From: Octopus sinensis
Taxonomy: Eukaryota
Reading direction: 5' to 3'
Length of the DNA stretch: 64,000 bases
Assembly (NCBI RefSeq): GCF_006345805.1
Contig: NC_043009.1
Coordinates: 52,018,001 to 52,082,000, forward strand
How positions within the stretch are numbered: the stretch's first letter is position 1; each line of letters opens with the position of its first letter. A model generated the notes under the pieces. The model searched no databases. It worked only from the letters and a program-made list of their open reading frames with translations, and was not told the DNA's origin. The position numbers and the translations under genes were made by a program. Shown here one piece after another: positions 12,557 through 24,205 of the stretch.

Positions 12557-13469
12557 AATCAACTACAATATTCATTTCTACTTTGGGTACAAGGCCTGAA
12601 AATTTTTTTCGGGGAGCGGGGTAGTCGAATTGATCGACGCCAGTATGAAACTAATGAAAGCGCAGCAACTCCGTTGCAACAGCTCTGAAAACAAAATCGT
12701 TGCCAAATCTCGACAATTAAATGAGGAGTTCACCATGTAATTAACTAATCAATTTCGTGCCTTTCACGCCTTCGAGTAACTACTGCGTGTGTTATTCTTT
12801 ACGCTACGGGAGTTTAAAAACCATGTAACCTTAATAAATAATTGCATTAGCAATATTCTACAAACTACATTGAAGTAGTCTAACGTCACCGAGAACATAC
12901 AACGATGGTGAAAAATACACAGAGGTGTCTCACGTACCTATCAATATATTATAACGCTATTCTTAATCGATGACACAATCAACGCCTTTCTTCACCGCCA
13001 AAATTATGTCTAATTAAATAACAGATACTCTACATGGTATATGCACAACGTAATACCTGTTTGCTACCGGGAATCATTGTACGCTATGCTCTATGTCTCC
13101 TCGGCCAGACAGCTGTTTAGATAACGATCATTCATTCATTTAATATATTTCCCTGGCTAGACGTTTTGTCTGAAAATGTCTGACAGTTTACATTACAGCT
13201 GCGCTCAATGTATTTTTTTCGGAAAAGAGGAGGCGGGGGTAATATAACTTCCGGACTCTTTTGCATTTTCTCATATTTTCTATAATTGTCTTAAACTTCA
13301 ATTACGCCGATACATACTTCTCCTTAAGTTTATAAATTCGCACAATGGATATATATATATATATATATATAATATATATATATATATATTATATATATAT
13401 ATATATTATATATATATATATAAATACATATATGTACGTATAACGGGGGAGCAGCTACCATATATATAC

Positions 13470-13499
<30 letters not shown>

Positions 13500-13500
<1 letters not shown>

Positions 13501-13930
13501 GTTAATCAAAACATGAACAAAGAGAAAACACAACAACACGAGGACGTGGAGCAAGTATAGTGTTATTTGACGCTCAGGAAAGGAAAGAAAGAATGGGAAT
13601 TTAACGTTTCGAGCGGAGCACTTCGTCAGAAATATAGAAAAAATGAAAAATCCAAGGAAGGGAAGACGGAGAAAGAAAATCGCCAACGATAGACTCACGG
13701 TCACATATTGAAATGACCGGAAGGGAATGGGAGGGGAAAAAGTTCATTCAAAGACAGGAGAGTGACAGAGAAGGAGGTATGTGTGTGTGTGAGTGAGGCA
13801 TATATATATATAATAGATACGACATTGCATGACTTCGGATGCGTCCTAAATTTCCTGTTAGATTCATAGAAACGAGGTTGTGAGATACACTGTATTTACG
13901 ACAGAGGAGACCTTTCCTTCCAAAAGGAAA
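13500..13930 (-). mobile_element. Penelope-like element 3'/pseudo-LTR remnant beside (TA)n, carrying a minimal HHR
   Basis: Homologous to 32095-32310 and 33705-33910; HHR motif at 13599-13633. The 13720-13930 extension is only tentatively part of the element. Confidence 0.6.
13599..13633 (-). ncRNA. Minimal type I hammerhead ribozyme motif (one stem II mismatch)
   Basis: Minus strand: auuu CUGACGA a gugc ucc gcuc GAAA CG U U aaau; stem I auuu/aaau; palindromic ACGU replaces stem III. Confidence 0.6.
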
Positions 13931-15081
13931 GAAAAACATAGCAGTATGAAAAGAACTGACACCAGTTCAAGCCTGGTACTTCGTCCGTCGAACTCAATAG
14001 GAAGAAAGAAAGTGTTAATGTAATCTGAATTTGAACTCAGTGCGCACTGAGCAGGGTGATTATTTCAAAACGTTTTCTTCGACGATCTAACGATTCTTTC
14101 ACTTATATGTAAGTGTACAAATACGCATGTATGTATGTATGTATGTATGTATGTATGTATGTATGTATGTATGTGTATGTATGTATGTATGTATGTATGT
14201 ATGTATGCATGTATGTACGTATGTATGTATGCATGCATGCATGCAATATTATTAATAAATATCTTAGCAGACAATAATGGATGAATGAAATTAAATAAAA
14301 ACAGTTGATAATGATGCCGATATTAGCTTTCATGTTTATGGTTGGGGTGGTTTTGATGATCACGATGATGATGATGACGATTATGATGATGATGTGATGA
14401 TAATTACATTATTTTATTTGCGGGCAATGTTCCAAAGTCGTGTTGGTTTTACAAGGCAGGAATTGAATATTCTTACAAAAAGTGTCGGCAGATTTATGCT
14501 ATATATGACTGCAAAATTAATCACAATAAAAACTGAGTTAAAATGACATAACAACTTGTAACTATGACGATAAAGAAATACAGAATCATCGGGGAGAACA
14601 ATAAATCATAAATTGGTAAATTTTACACAAACCTCAAATATACTTAACGCACGAATGACAAGGGTTTAGGACCAATCCTTAGTTCAGTGTCATAAGTCCA
14701 CGCAGTCTCAGAAATTTTGCCACTCTCACGCACATTTCATTAAAATCCTGGAAAACATCACATCCATTTTATTCATTCAAACATGTTAATATGTGCTGAT
14801 AGTGGTACACATTTAGGCGCAAGCTGCACAGACAGTTTGAACGTCTACGTCTGCTGAAGGTTGTATGTCTTTATATAATCTAGGTACGCATACATGTTTG
14901 TAAATGCGGCTAGGCTCCGTGCGTTAGTATTTGCTCATTAGGGCATTGAAGTATATAACACAGTGACAAGAATATTTCGTTACAGCTTGGTTGGTCAAGT
15001 TATGACCCCCTTCTCATGAAACATGCCACAACAGGCTATGTTTATTGTCCCACTGTTTACAATTTTACCATTTCGCTACTC

Positions 15082-15120
<39 letters not shown>

Positions 15121-15320
15121 CTACTGCACCCAAAAAACATATCTAATTAGATTTCACATTGAATATAGTTGGTAGTCATGACTAAAATAGATATAAACAA
15201 ATTTCTGAAATCTAAGTCTTAAATTAATTAACACGCTCTGGTGGTTCAAAGTAATAATTTCTTAATTCTGCATGCAAACAAATTATTCTCGCGTAGAAAC
15301 ACGAACGTATATATACATAC

Positions 15321-15372
<52 letters not shown>

Positions 15373-15530
15373 CGTATATACACATATCTATATCTATGTA
15401 TATATATATACATACGTACATATATGTATAATATATTATATGTATATATATATATATATAGATAGATATATATATATACAGACACAAAAAAAGAGAAAGA
15501 AACAATGAAATTTGGAGAGTAGAATATCTA

Positions 15531-15829
15531 TACTCTTTTACGTGTTTCAGTCATTTGACTGTGGCTATGCTGGAGCACCGCCTTTAGTAAACACACCAGT
15601 ATCGGTATCCATCGATGTTGGTGGAGAAACACTCACACACAAACACACACACACATACATATATACGACGGGCTTCTTTAAGTTTCCGCCTACCAAATCC
15701 ACTCACGAGGGTTTGGTCGGCCCGAGGCTATAGTAGAAGACACTTGCCCAAGGTGCCACGCAGTGGGACTGAACATGGAATCATGTGACTCGTAAGCAAG
15801 CTACTTACCACACAGCCACTCCTACACCT
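15531..15829 (-). mobile_element. SINE family A with internal deletion
   Basis: Family A head and tail are present; about 90 bp of the tail is missing between tttagt and aaacacacc. Confidence 0.9.
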
Positions 15830-16145
15830 ATGTATGTACATATATACAAGTATATATTTATGTATACGAGTGTGCTTGAATACCTGTGCTAAATTCAATG
15901 GCAGGTGACGGTGGGGGAAGTTTTGGTTTAATGGTTATCATCATGGAGACACAATCGACAAGCACGTGGTTCGTTTCCCTGAGGTGATTTTTGTTCAGTT
16001 GTGTGCGTCTTATGCAGCGCAGTGAATGTATTTAAGTCTTAATCATTTACATCATTTTAGACAGGCACAACTATACACACACACGCACAAAACATACATA
16101 CATACATGCATACATACGTAATACATACATACATACATATATACA

Positions 16146-16181
<36 letters not shown>

Positions 16182-16230
16182 TATACACATATATATTTGA
16201 AATTTACAGAAAAACAAAAGACGAAGGCAG

Positions 16231-16267
<37 letters not shown>

Positions 16268-17032
16268 TATACATATAAAATCACATATATAATATATTAT
16301 ATAACATAATAAATTACATACGTATGTATATTTTTTATTTTTATATATATATAATACATACACACACACACACATATATATATATGTATATATATGTGTG
16401 TGTGTGTATGTGTGTGTGCGTGTGTGTGTATGTGTGTGTGGGGGGGTATGTATGTATTTAAACAAAGGTATTCCAATACAAACACGTGCGGGACCAATGA
16501 GCTTAAAATATGTTAATTCTACCATTGAAATACGGATTAATTCTTTAAAATATTACAAAATAAAATGTAAATGGCTAATCATATATTACGAAAACATTTA
16601 TATTTAATACCTTATAATATACAATAAATAAGCTTCTTATATTTTAAATCTGCTGAAATTCTGAGTTTTCAGATGTACACGCAGATGCTGACAAATCCAA
16701 TGCATTGAACGTATTTGTGAAACATCCATAAACTTTTTAATGGCCTCTGACACGGCACATAAAAACAAGCGCTTACTTAGTAACTTAAATGAAACAACGG
16801 ATTGATATTAACTACTTAGATCCATAACTAAATAATATTTGCTAATATGCGCATATTCTGCTGTGAAATTTGTTAAGAAATCGTACCTAGCTTAAGTGTA
16901 ACTATTTTGTTAATTTTCTCGGCATCGAAGGTTTAGTTTTTGTTTCTCTTAGTTTTAATAACGTTTAGAATCATATGACCAGTTATATAAGGAAAACATA
17001 CTGGTACTTTATAAATAATTTCTTCTAACTTA

Positions 17033-17200
17033 AGGAGATGTGGCTGCTTGGTAAAAAGTTTGCTTCTCAATCAGATAGTTAGGGTTTCTATCCCACTGCC
17101 TGACAATTTGGACAAGTGTCGTGTATCATAGTGTCAAGCCGACCAGAGTCTTGTACGTGGATTTGGTAGGCGGAAACTGAAAGAATCCCGTCGTCCTGAT
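17033..17200 (+). mobile_element. SINE family A, diverged 5' half
   Basis: gtggctgcttggtaaaaag...ggacaagtgtc...ggatttggtaggcggaaactgaaagaatcccgtcgt. Confidence 0.8.
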
Positions 17201-17329
17201 ATATATATGTATGTATGTATGTATATATATATATATATACGTATATAAATATATGTATACATATAGAAAAAAAAACAGTAATACAATGATAAATTACACA
17301 CACTTTTTTGAAGATATCTTTTAAAATCG

Positions 17330-17660
17330 AGGAGATGAGGCTGTGTGGTTAGAAGCTTGTTTCCAAACGACATGGTTCTGGGTTCAGTCCGACTACGTGG
17401 CGCCTAGGGCAAGAGTCTTCTACGATAACTTCGGGCTGACCAAAACCTTGCCAGTAGATTTGATAGACAGAAGCTAAAAGAAGCCCGTCATATATATGCG
17501 AGAGTGTGTCTACGTGTCTATGTTTTTCACCCCACCATCGCTTCACACCCAATATTGGGGTGTTTACGTCCCCGTAACTTAGCGGTTGATTAATAGAATC
17601 GATAGAGTAACAGCTAGGATAACATAGAATGAGTTCTGCTCTCGATTTCTTTGACTAAAC
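17330..17660 (+). mobile_element. SINE family A, diverged
   Basis: Head, CORE-like domain and partial tail align with other copies. Confidence 0.85.
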
Positions 17661-17661
17661 G

Positions 17662-17891
17662 CATTATCATCATCATTGTTCGACCGTGGTCGAGACAATG
17701 GAATTTACTATGTTACACCAGACTTCACGGTCCATCATAGCATTACGGAGGTCCTGTTGCTGGATGCCTGTATCCCTGAAGATTACATCAGGGTAGGAGA
17801 GTGTGCGCCCTCTGGTATTGCGAGTAGATGGCTTCCAGAGGAGAAGAGTAGAAATTACTTCTTTTTCAGCTCTACAACAATGTCCAGCAAT
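17662..17891 (-). mobile_element. 5'-truncated RTE-clade LINE 3' end
   Basis: Minus ORF IAGHCCRAEKEVISTLLLWKPSTRNTRGRTLSYPDVIFRDTGIQQQDLRNAMMDREVWCNIV matches the RTE C-terminal pattern (GH..R...LLLW.P...RGR...D....AM.DR..W); followed by a (GAT)n tail. Confidence 0.85.
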
Positions 17892-17963
17892 CAACATCGC
17901 CGCAATCAAATGATTGAAGCAAGCAGAAAAATATACACATACACAAACATAATTTATATGTAC

Positions 17964-18045
<82 letters not shown>

Positions 18046-18078
18046 GTATGTATATATATACATATATATATATATATA

Positions 18079-18842
18079 TGGCTGTGTGGTTAGAAGCTTG
18101 TTTTCAAACGACATGGTTCCGGGGTCAGTCCCATTCTATGAAACCTTGGGCAAGTGATTTCTACTGGAATGAAATTACGACATGCATATGATGTGTTATA
18201 AGAATTTATAGAAAGGCATCCCATAGAAACTCAACAAATTGTTAAAAGATGGAGAAGAGATGTTAAAATTTGAAAATAATTTTAATGCAGGCATACGATC
18301 GTTCCGAACAGCAATAGTAACATGTAAATAACATGGTAGAACAATTAAAATTAGTCAAATTAAATTGCATTACAAATCACTGTTCTTCTCATTGCAAGAC
18401 GAATTATATACCATATTATTATACCATATTAATTACATGTTTAATATCACTGTTCGAAACGATCGTGAGCTTTTTAAAAACTATTTCCAAATTTTAACAT
18501 CTTCTCTTCTGCATCTTTAAATAATTTGTTGAGTTTCTATGGGATATCTTTCCATGAAATCTCATAACACACCACACATGCGCGCACGCGTGTGTGTGTG
18601 TTTATCTGCCTGTATGTCTGTGTCTGTCTGTCTATCTGTCTGTCTGTGTATTTGCTTTTGTGTCTTTATTTGATCCCCCCAAATCGTTTGATAGCCGATT
18701 CTGGTAGGTTTACGTCCCCGCTAACTTAACGGTTCGGCAAAAGAAACGTTAGAAAAAGTACTAGGGTTCAATTTGCTCGCCTAAAGGCGATGCTCCAGTA
18801 TGGCCGCGGTCAAACGACTGAAAAAAACAAAAGAATAAAAGA
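18079..18842 (+). mobile_element. SINE family A split by the foldback element (head about 18079-18165, tail about 18600-18842)
   Basis: Head and tail sequences flank the 18181-18580 insertion in the same orientation. Confidence 0.75.
18181..18580. mobile_element. MITE/foldback element with about 160-bp diverged terminal inverted repeats
   Basis: 18181-18338 is the reverse complement of 18422-18580 (e.g. atcccatagaaactcaacaaatt / aatttgttgagtttctatgggat); spacer about 83 bp. Confidence 0.85.
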
Positions 18843-19229
18843 TAAACGAATATATATATATATATATTATATATATATAATATATTATGTATGTATGTAT
18901 GCACGTATATATTGTGTGTATATATATATTAAAAAGTGATAAAGCTTTCTATCAATGTATTTGGTTAAACCCAGTTGACATGTGGATTGTTTTTTACAAT
19001 CCCTTATGGGGATATTGCTTCATCAAATTCTGAGTATATATAATATATATATATATATATATATTAGTTATCGCCATACTAATATGGCATTCTTATAAAA
19101 ATAAGAAAAAAGCTGACCGCTTATTAGCTCCATGAGGCCATCGCCTTAAGTTAGCTATTTGATACACAAACTGTATCCATATAACCTTTGAACCAGGGAG
19201 GTCAGTCGCTCCACACTACTTGGCCGGCA

Positions 19230-19270
19230 GCTACAGACGCGTTCGGGTATTGGCCCCTTTTCAATGCAGC
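19230..19270 (-). ncRNA. Type I HHR variant, copy 1 (GAAC rather than GAAAC: indel or read error)
   Basis: Minus strand gcugca UUGAAAA ggggccaauaccc GAA cgcg UC uguagc. Confidence 0.55.
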
Positions 19271-19589
19271 GTAGCCAAACCAGTAGGTGTCGCTTCCGAC
19301 AATCTCTGTTCAAAGGTTTTATTTACCTAGCTTCGGTGGAATACATCCACTTGTTTTCATAATAGAAATATTAAAATTACTAAGTCTCTCTAAAAGAGAA
19401 CAACGGCAGCGTTCCCGGAAAATATTAGTTATCGCCATACTAATATGGCATTCTTATAAAAATAAGAAAAAAGCTGACGCTTATTAGCTCCATGAGGCCA
19501 TCGCCTTAAGTTAGCTATTTGATACACAAACTGTATCCATATAATCTTTGAACAAGGGAGGTCAGTCGCTCCACACTACTTGGCCGGCA

Positions 19590-19631
19590 GCTACAGACGC
19601 GTTTCGGGGTATTGCCCCTTTTCAATGCAGC
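19590..19631 (-). ncRNA. Type I HHR variant (U3-A8 core), copy 2
   Basis: Minus strand gcugca UUGAAAA gggg caaua cccc GAAA CGCG UC uguagc. Confidence 0.75.
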
Positions 19632-20224
19632 GTAGCCAAACAGTAGGTGTCGCTTCCGACAATCTCTGTTCAAAGGTTTTATTTACCTAGCTTCGGTGGA
19701 ATACATCCACTTTTTTTCAATAATAGAAATATTAAAATTACTAAGTCTCTCTAAAAGAGACCAACGGCAGCGTTCCCGGAAAATATTAGTTATCGCCATA
19801 CTAATATGGCATTCTTATAAAAATAAGAAAACTGACCGCTCATTAGCTCCATGAGCCATCGCCTTAAGTTAGCTATTTGATACACAAACTGTATCCATAT
19901 AACCTTTGAACAAGTAGTGTGGAGCGACTGACCTCCCTTGTTCAAAGGTTATATGGATACAGTTTGTGTATCAAATAGCTAACTTAAGGCGATGGCCTCA
20001 TGGAGCTAATAAGCGGTCAGCTTTTTTCTTATTTTTATAAGAATGCCATATTAGTATGGCGATAACTAATATTTTCCGGGAACGCTGCCGTTGTTCTCTT
20101 TTAGAGAGACTTAGTAATTTTAATATTTCTATTATTGAAAACAAGTGGATGTATTCCACCGAAGCTAGGTAAATAAAACCTTTGAACAGAGATTGTCGGA
20201 AGCGACACCTACTGGTTTGGCTAC

Positions 20225-20266
20225 GCTGCATTGAAAAGGGGCAATACCCCGAAACGCGTCTGTAGC
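20225..20266 (+). ncRNA. Type I HHR variant (U3-A8 core), copy 3; predicted cleavage after C20260
   Basis: Stem I gcugca/uguagc, core UUGAAAA 20231-20237, stem II gggg-caaua-cccc, GAAA 20251-20254, palindromic CGCG, GUC triplet. Stem I extends via ggc/gcc and cuacugg/ccaguag (20209-20279). Confidence 0.78.
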
Positions 20267-20494
20267 TGCCGGCCAGTAGTGTGGAGCGACTGACCTCCCT
20301 TGTTCAAAGGTTATATGGATACAGTTTGTGTATCAAATAGCTAACTTAAGGCGATGGCCTCATGGAGCTAATAAGCGGTCAGCTTTTTTCTTATTTTTAT
20401 AAGAATGCCATATTAGTATGGCGATAACTACTATTTTTTTCCGGGAACGCTGCCGTTGTTCTCTTTTAGAGAGACTTAGTAATTTTAATATTTC

Positions 20495-20534
<40 letters not shown>

Positions 20535-20554
20535 ATATATATATTATATATATG

Positions 20555-20602
<48 letters not shown>

Positions 20603-21659
20603 TGTATGTATATATACAAACACACACACACATATATATATATAAATATGTGTATATATATTTATATATAGAGATAGATAGATAGATAGATATTTATACA
20701 TATATATATATAATATACTATATGTATATATTTATACATACATATATATATGTGTATATATACATATAATATATTCTTTTGCTTCTTTCAGCGATGCGGC
20801 TGCGGTCGTGCTATATATACATGTATCTATATCTATATATGCTTGTATGTATATGTGTGTGTGCGTGTGTTTGTATATGTATGTGTGGTGTGTTTGTGTG
20901 TCATGCGTCTGTGTAATTTAAATCTATAACGATGCAGATTGTGAGGTAGTTGTGGTATTCAGCTTCCACAAATATCACTCCATTTTGCATTACATTCACA
21001 GGAAAAAGAAATTGTAATCCTTCTTTAATGAACTGGATCCAATTGCAAGAAATGCTTCCATTCTTCAAACTGTAATACAGTCCCTAATACCCACCATAGA
21101 TAATTCTTCTATAACACTTACAAACATACTGAAAATTTAACAAATCTCGATATCATAGTGAGAGTTTATTAAATAAAGGAAGCTTATATATAAGAGGAAA
21201 ACCCTGACGGTGATGAATCCCTAATAGAGTCTCTATGTATTCACTCAGCTGGATAGATGTAACCACAAAAGCAGGGACGTTATTGAATTGCGTCCTATTT
21301 ACTCTGTCAAAAGAAAGGACATTTTGTTTGAAGTGGCTTAGTGTTACTTGACTACGTACAGAAATGTGGAAAAGAAAAGGTGGTAGTTATAGTTGGTCTA
21401 CTGAGGAAGAATATGGAATCAAACAGCAATAGCAACATGAAGGGGATTCTTCTAAATCCACTTCGTTTTTCTGTACGACTTTTAACTCGTATCACTAATG
21501 GTAATGGTAGTAGGCACGAAAGAAACGTTGTTATCTTTGATGCTATTGTTAGTGGTGACGGATGCGGCGGTGACGGTCGTCTTCGTCCTCGTCGTGGTTG
21601 TAGTGGTGATGGAGGTAGTCGTAGTGGTGGTGGTGATTATGATGATGATGATCAAACAC

Positions 21660-21805
21660 ACACACACGTAAAGTAGGGATTTCAACACAAGTTTCGTCTA
21701 TCAAATTCATTCACAGAGCTTTATTCGACTCCGGAATGTAGTTATAAGACACTTGCTCAAGGTACTACGCAGTGGAACCGAACCCAAAACCGTATGGTTG
21801 CACCC
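21660..21805 (-). mobile_element. SINE family A 5' half, diverged
   Basis: aagacacttgctcaaggtactacgcagtggaaccgaaccc matches the family A reverse complement. Confidence 0.75.
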
Positions 21806-22016
21806 ATTCTTCAGCAATAGATCAATATATGTCTGTCTAGTATGCCGTTACTCTTATTGTTGTTGGTGCTGTTCTTGTTATGGAGATGTTATTGTTGTTA
21901 TTGTTCATGACGCCATGTTGAGTTTGTTGTTGATAATAATTTTTTAACCTTCGTTGGTTATATCATTGCACGTTTCCCTTCTGATGGCGTTGACGTAATA
22001 TTTATGGTGTTAAGGA

Positions 22017-23525
22017 GGTTGCTAATGTTGATGATGCTGATGAAAACTACGTTGCTAATATTGGTGATGTCGATGAAAACGCTGTTGCTGTTGTTCTTTA
22101 TAACGATGCTGCTAATGTTGGTGATGTTGATGAAAACGATGTTGCTGGTGTTCTTTATAACGATGTTGCTAATATTGATAATGATGATGAAAAAGATGTT
22201 ACTGACGTTTTTAAAACGACGTTGCTAATGTTGGTGATGTTGATGAAAACGATGTCGCTGGTATTCTTTATAACGATGTTGCTAATGTTGATAACGTTGA
22301 TGAAAACGATGTTACTGACGTTTTTAAAACGATGTTGCTAATGTTGGTGATGTTGATGAAAACGATGTTGCTGGTATTCTTTATAACGATGTTGCTAATG
22401 TTGATAATGTTGATGAAAACGATGTTACTGACGTTTTTAAAACGACGTTGCTAATGTTGGTGATGTTGATGAAATCGATGTCGCTGGTATTCTTTAAAAC
22501 GATGTTGGTAATGCTGATAATGTTAATGAAAACGATGTTACTGACGTTTGTAAGACGATGTTGCTAATGTTGGTGATGTTGATGAAAACGATGTTGCTCT
22601 TGTTATTTATAACGATGTTGCTAATATTGGTGATATCGATGAAAACGCTGTTGCTGTTGTTCTTTATAATGATGTTGCTAATATTGGTGATGCTGATGAA
22701 AACAATGTTGCTGTTGTTTTTTATAATGATGTTGCTAATATTGGTGATGTCGATGAAAACGATGTTGCTGTTGTTCTTTATAACGATGTTGCTAATGTTG
22801 GTGATGTCGATGAAAACGCTGTTGCTGTTGTTCTTTATAATGATGTTGCTAATTTTGGTGATGCTGAAGAAAACGATGTTGCTGTTGTTTTTTATAACGA
22901 TGTTGCTAATGTTGGTGATGTTGATGAAAACGATGTTGCTGGTATTCTTTATAACGATGTTGCTAATGTTGATAATGTTGATGAAAACGATGTTACTGAC
23001 GTTTTTAAAACGACGTTGCTAATGTTGGTGATGTTGATGAAATCGATGTCGCTGGTATTCTTTAAAACGATGTTGGTAATGCTGATAATGTTGATGAAAA
23101 CGATGTTACTGACGTTTGTAAGACGATGTTGCTAATGTTGGTGATGTTGATGAAAACGATGTTGCTCTTGTTCTTTATAACGATGTTGCTAATATTGGTG
23201 ATATCGATGAAAACGCTGTTGCTGTTGTTCTTTATAATGATGTTGCTAATATTGGTGATGCTGATGAAAACAATGTTGCTGTTGTTTTTATAATGATGTT
23301 GCTAATATTGGTGATGTCGATGAAAACAATGTTGCTGTTGTTTTTATAATGATGTTGCTAATATTGGTGATGTCGATGAAAACGATGTTGCTGTTGTTCT
23401 TTATAATGATGTTGCTAATTTTGGTGATGCTGAAGAAAACGATGTTGCTGTTGTTCTTTAAAACGATGTTGCTAATTTTGTTGATGTTGAAGGTATGATG
23501 TTGCTCTTGTTCTTTATAACGATGT
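22017..23525. repeat. Minisatellite, 56-57-bp unit (about 26 copies), with a 568-bp higher-order repeat
   Basis: Unit gatgttgctaatgttggtgatgttgatgaaaacgatgttgctgttgttctttataac; the rare variant gaaatcgatgtcgctggtattctttaaaac occurs at 22471 and 23039. Confidence 0.95.
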
Positions 23526-24167
23526 TCGACAATGAAGTTTTAGCTCTCCATGTTATTGTTTGAGCTTATTTTTTCTTACGCTCTTGTTGATGTCATTGTG
23601 TTCTTGTACATTTTAATGATAACAGTCTTGATGTCGTTGTTGTTCTTCTATATTGGTTTATTCATTGTCAGTTCATTCTTATTTATGCTATCTTTGTTGA
23701 ACATGCCGTTACTTGGATAATATTATTGTTAATAATATTGAGGACGTTGTTTATCTGTTTACCCATCTGCTAGTCAACAGAAAAAGTGCCGACTTAGAAA
23801 GAATAATGAAAGGCGTTCCAGCCCTCACCATTCCAACCGGTTTTCATATGAACCAGCAAACATGCAATACAATGTATTCTGTATATATTACAGCAGGGTG
23901 TAAAGTGAGAGACATTTGGCTACTATTTCTATCAGATTGAACGTCCTCATAGCGACTTCTTACTATCTCTAAGTTATTACTTTTGTTGTTGTTGTTGTTG
24001 TTGTTGTTGTTTTGGTGGTGGTTGTTGTCTTGGTGATGGTGGTGGTGGTAGATGTGATGATGTTAGTTGTGATTGATGTGTTGTTAGTTGCTGCTATTTT
24101 GCTTCTAGGCAGATGAAGTCGACTTTCTATATTTCAAGCAGTCGTATCAGGTGGAGCAAGATGGGGA

Positions 24168-24205
<38 letters not shown>

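Larger units (their letters stand above)
19063..20500. mobile_element. 361-bp tandem unit (retrozyme / Penelope pseudo-LTR-like) arranged as a foldback: about 2.4 units in one orientation and about 1.6 units inverted, embedded in (TA)n
   Basis: atattagttatcgcc recurs at 19061, 19422 and 19783; orientation flips at 19911-19914; (TA)n on both flanks; each unit carries an HHR-like motif. Confidence 0.9.

Noticed and set aside
13225-13256. GC box plus ETS-like acttccgg as a promoter
   Set aside because: Short motifs expected by chance; no CpG island or first exon evidence.
20941-20978. let-7-like seed tgaggtag with a small hairpin
   Set aside because: Only the first 8-9 nt match, and the hairpin is far too short for a pre-miRNA.
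20920-21110. Minus-frame peptide faintly like a cadherin repeat (LYYSL...NGVIFV...IVIDLN)
   Set aside because: Lacks the DxD/LDxE/DxNDN calcium motifs; bounded by stops and without convincing splice sites.
9239-23525. CRISPR-like look of the 61-bp and 57-bp arrays
   Set aside because: Contiguous tandem units with no unique spacers, no cas genes, and a eukaryotic context.
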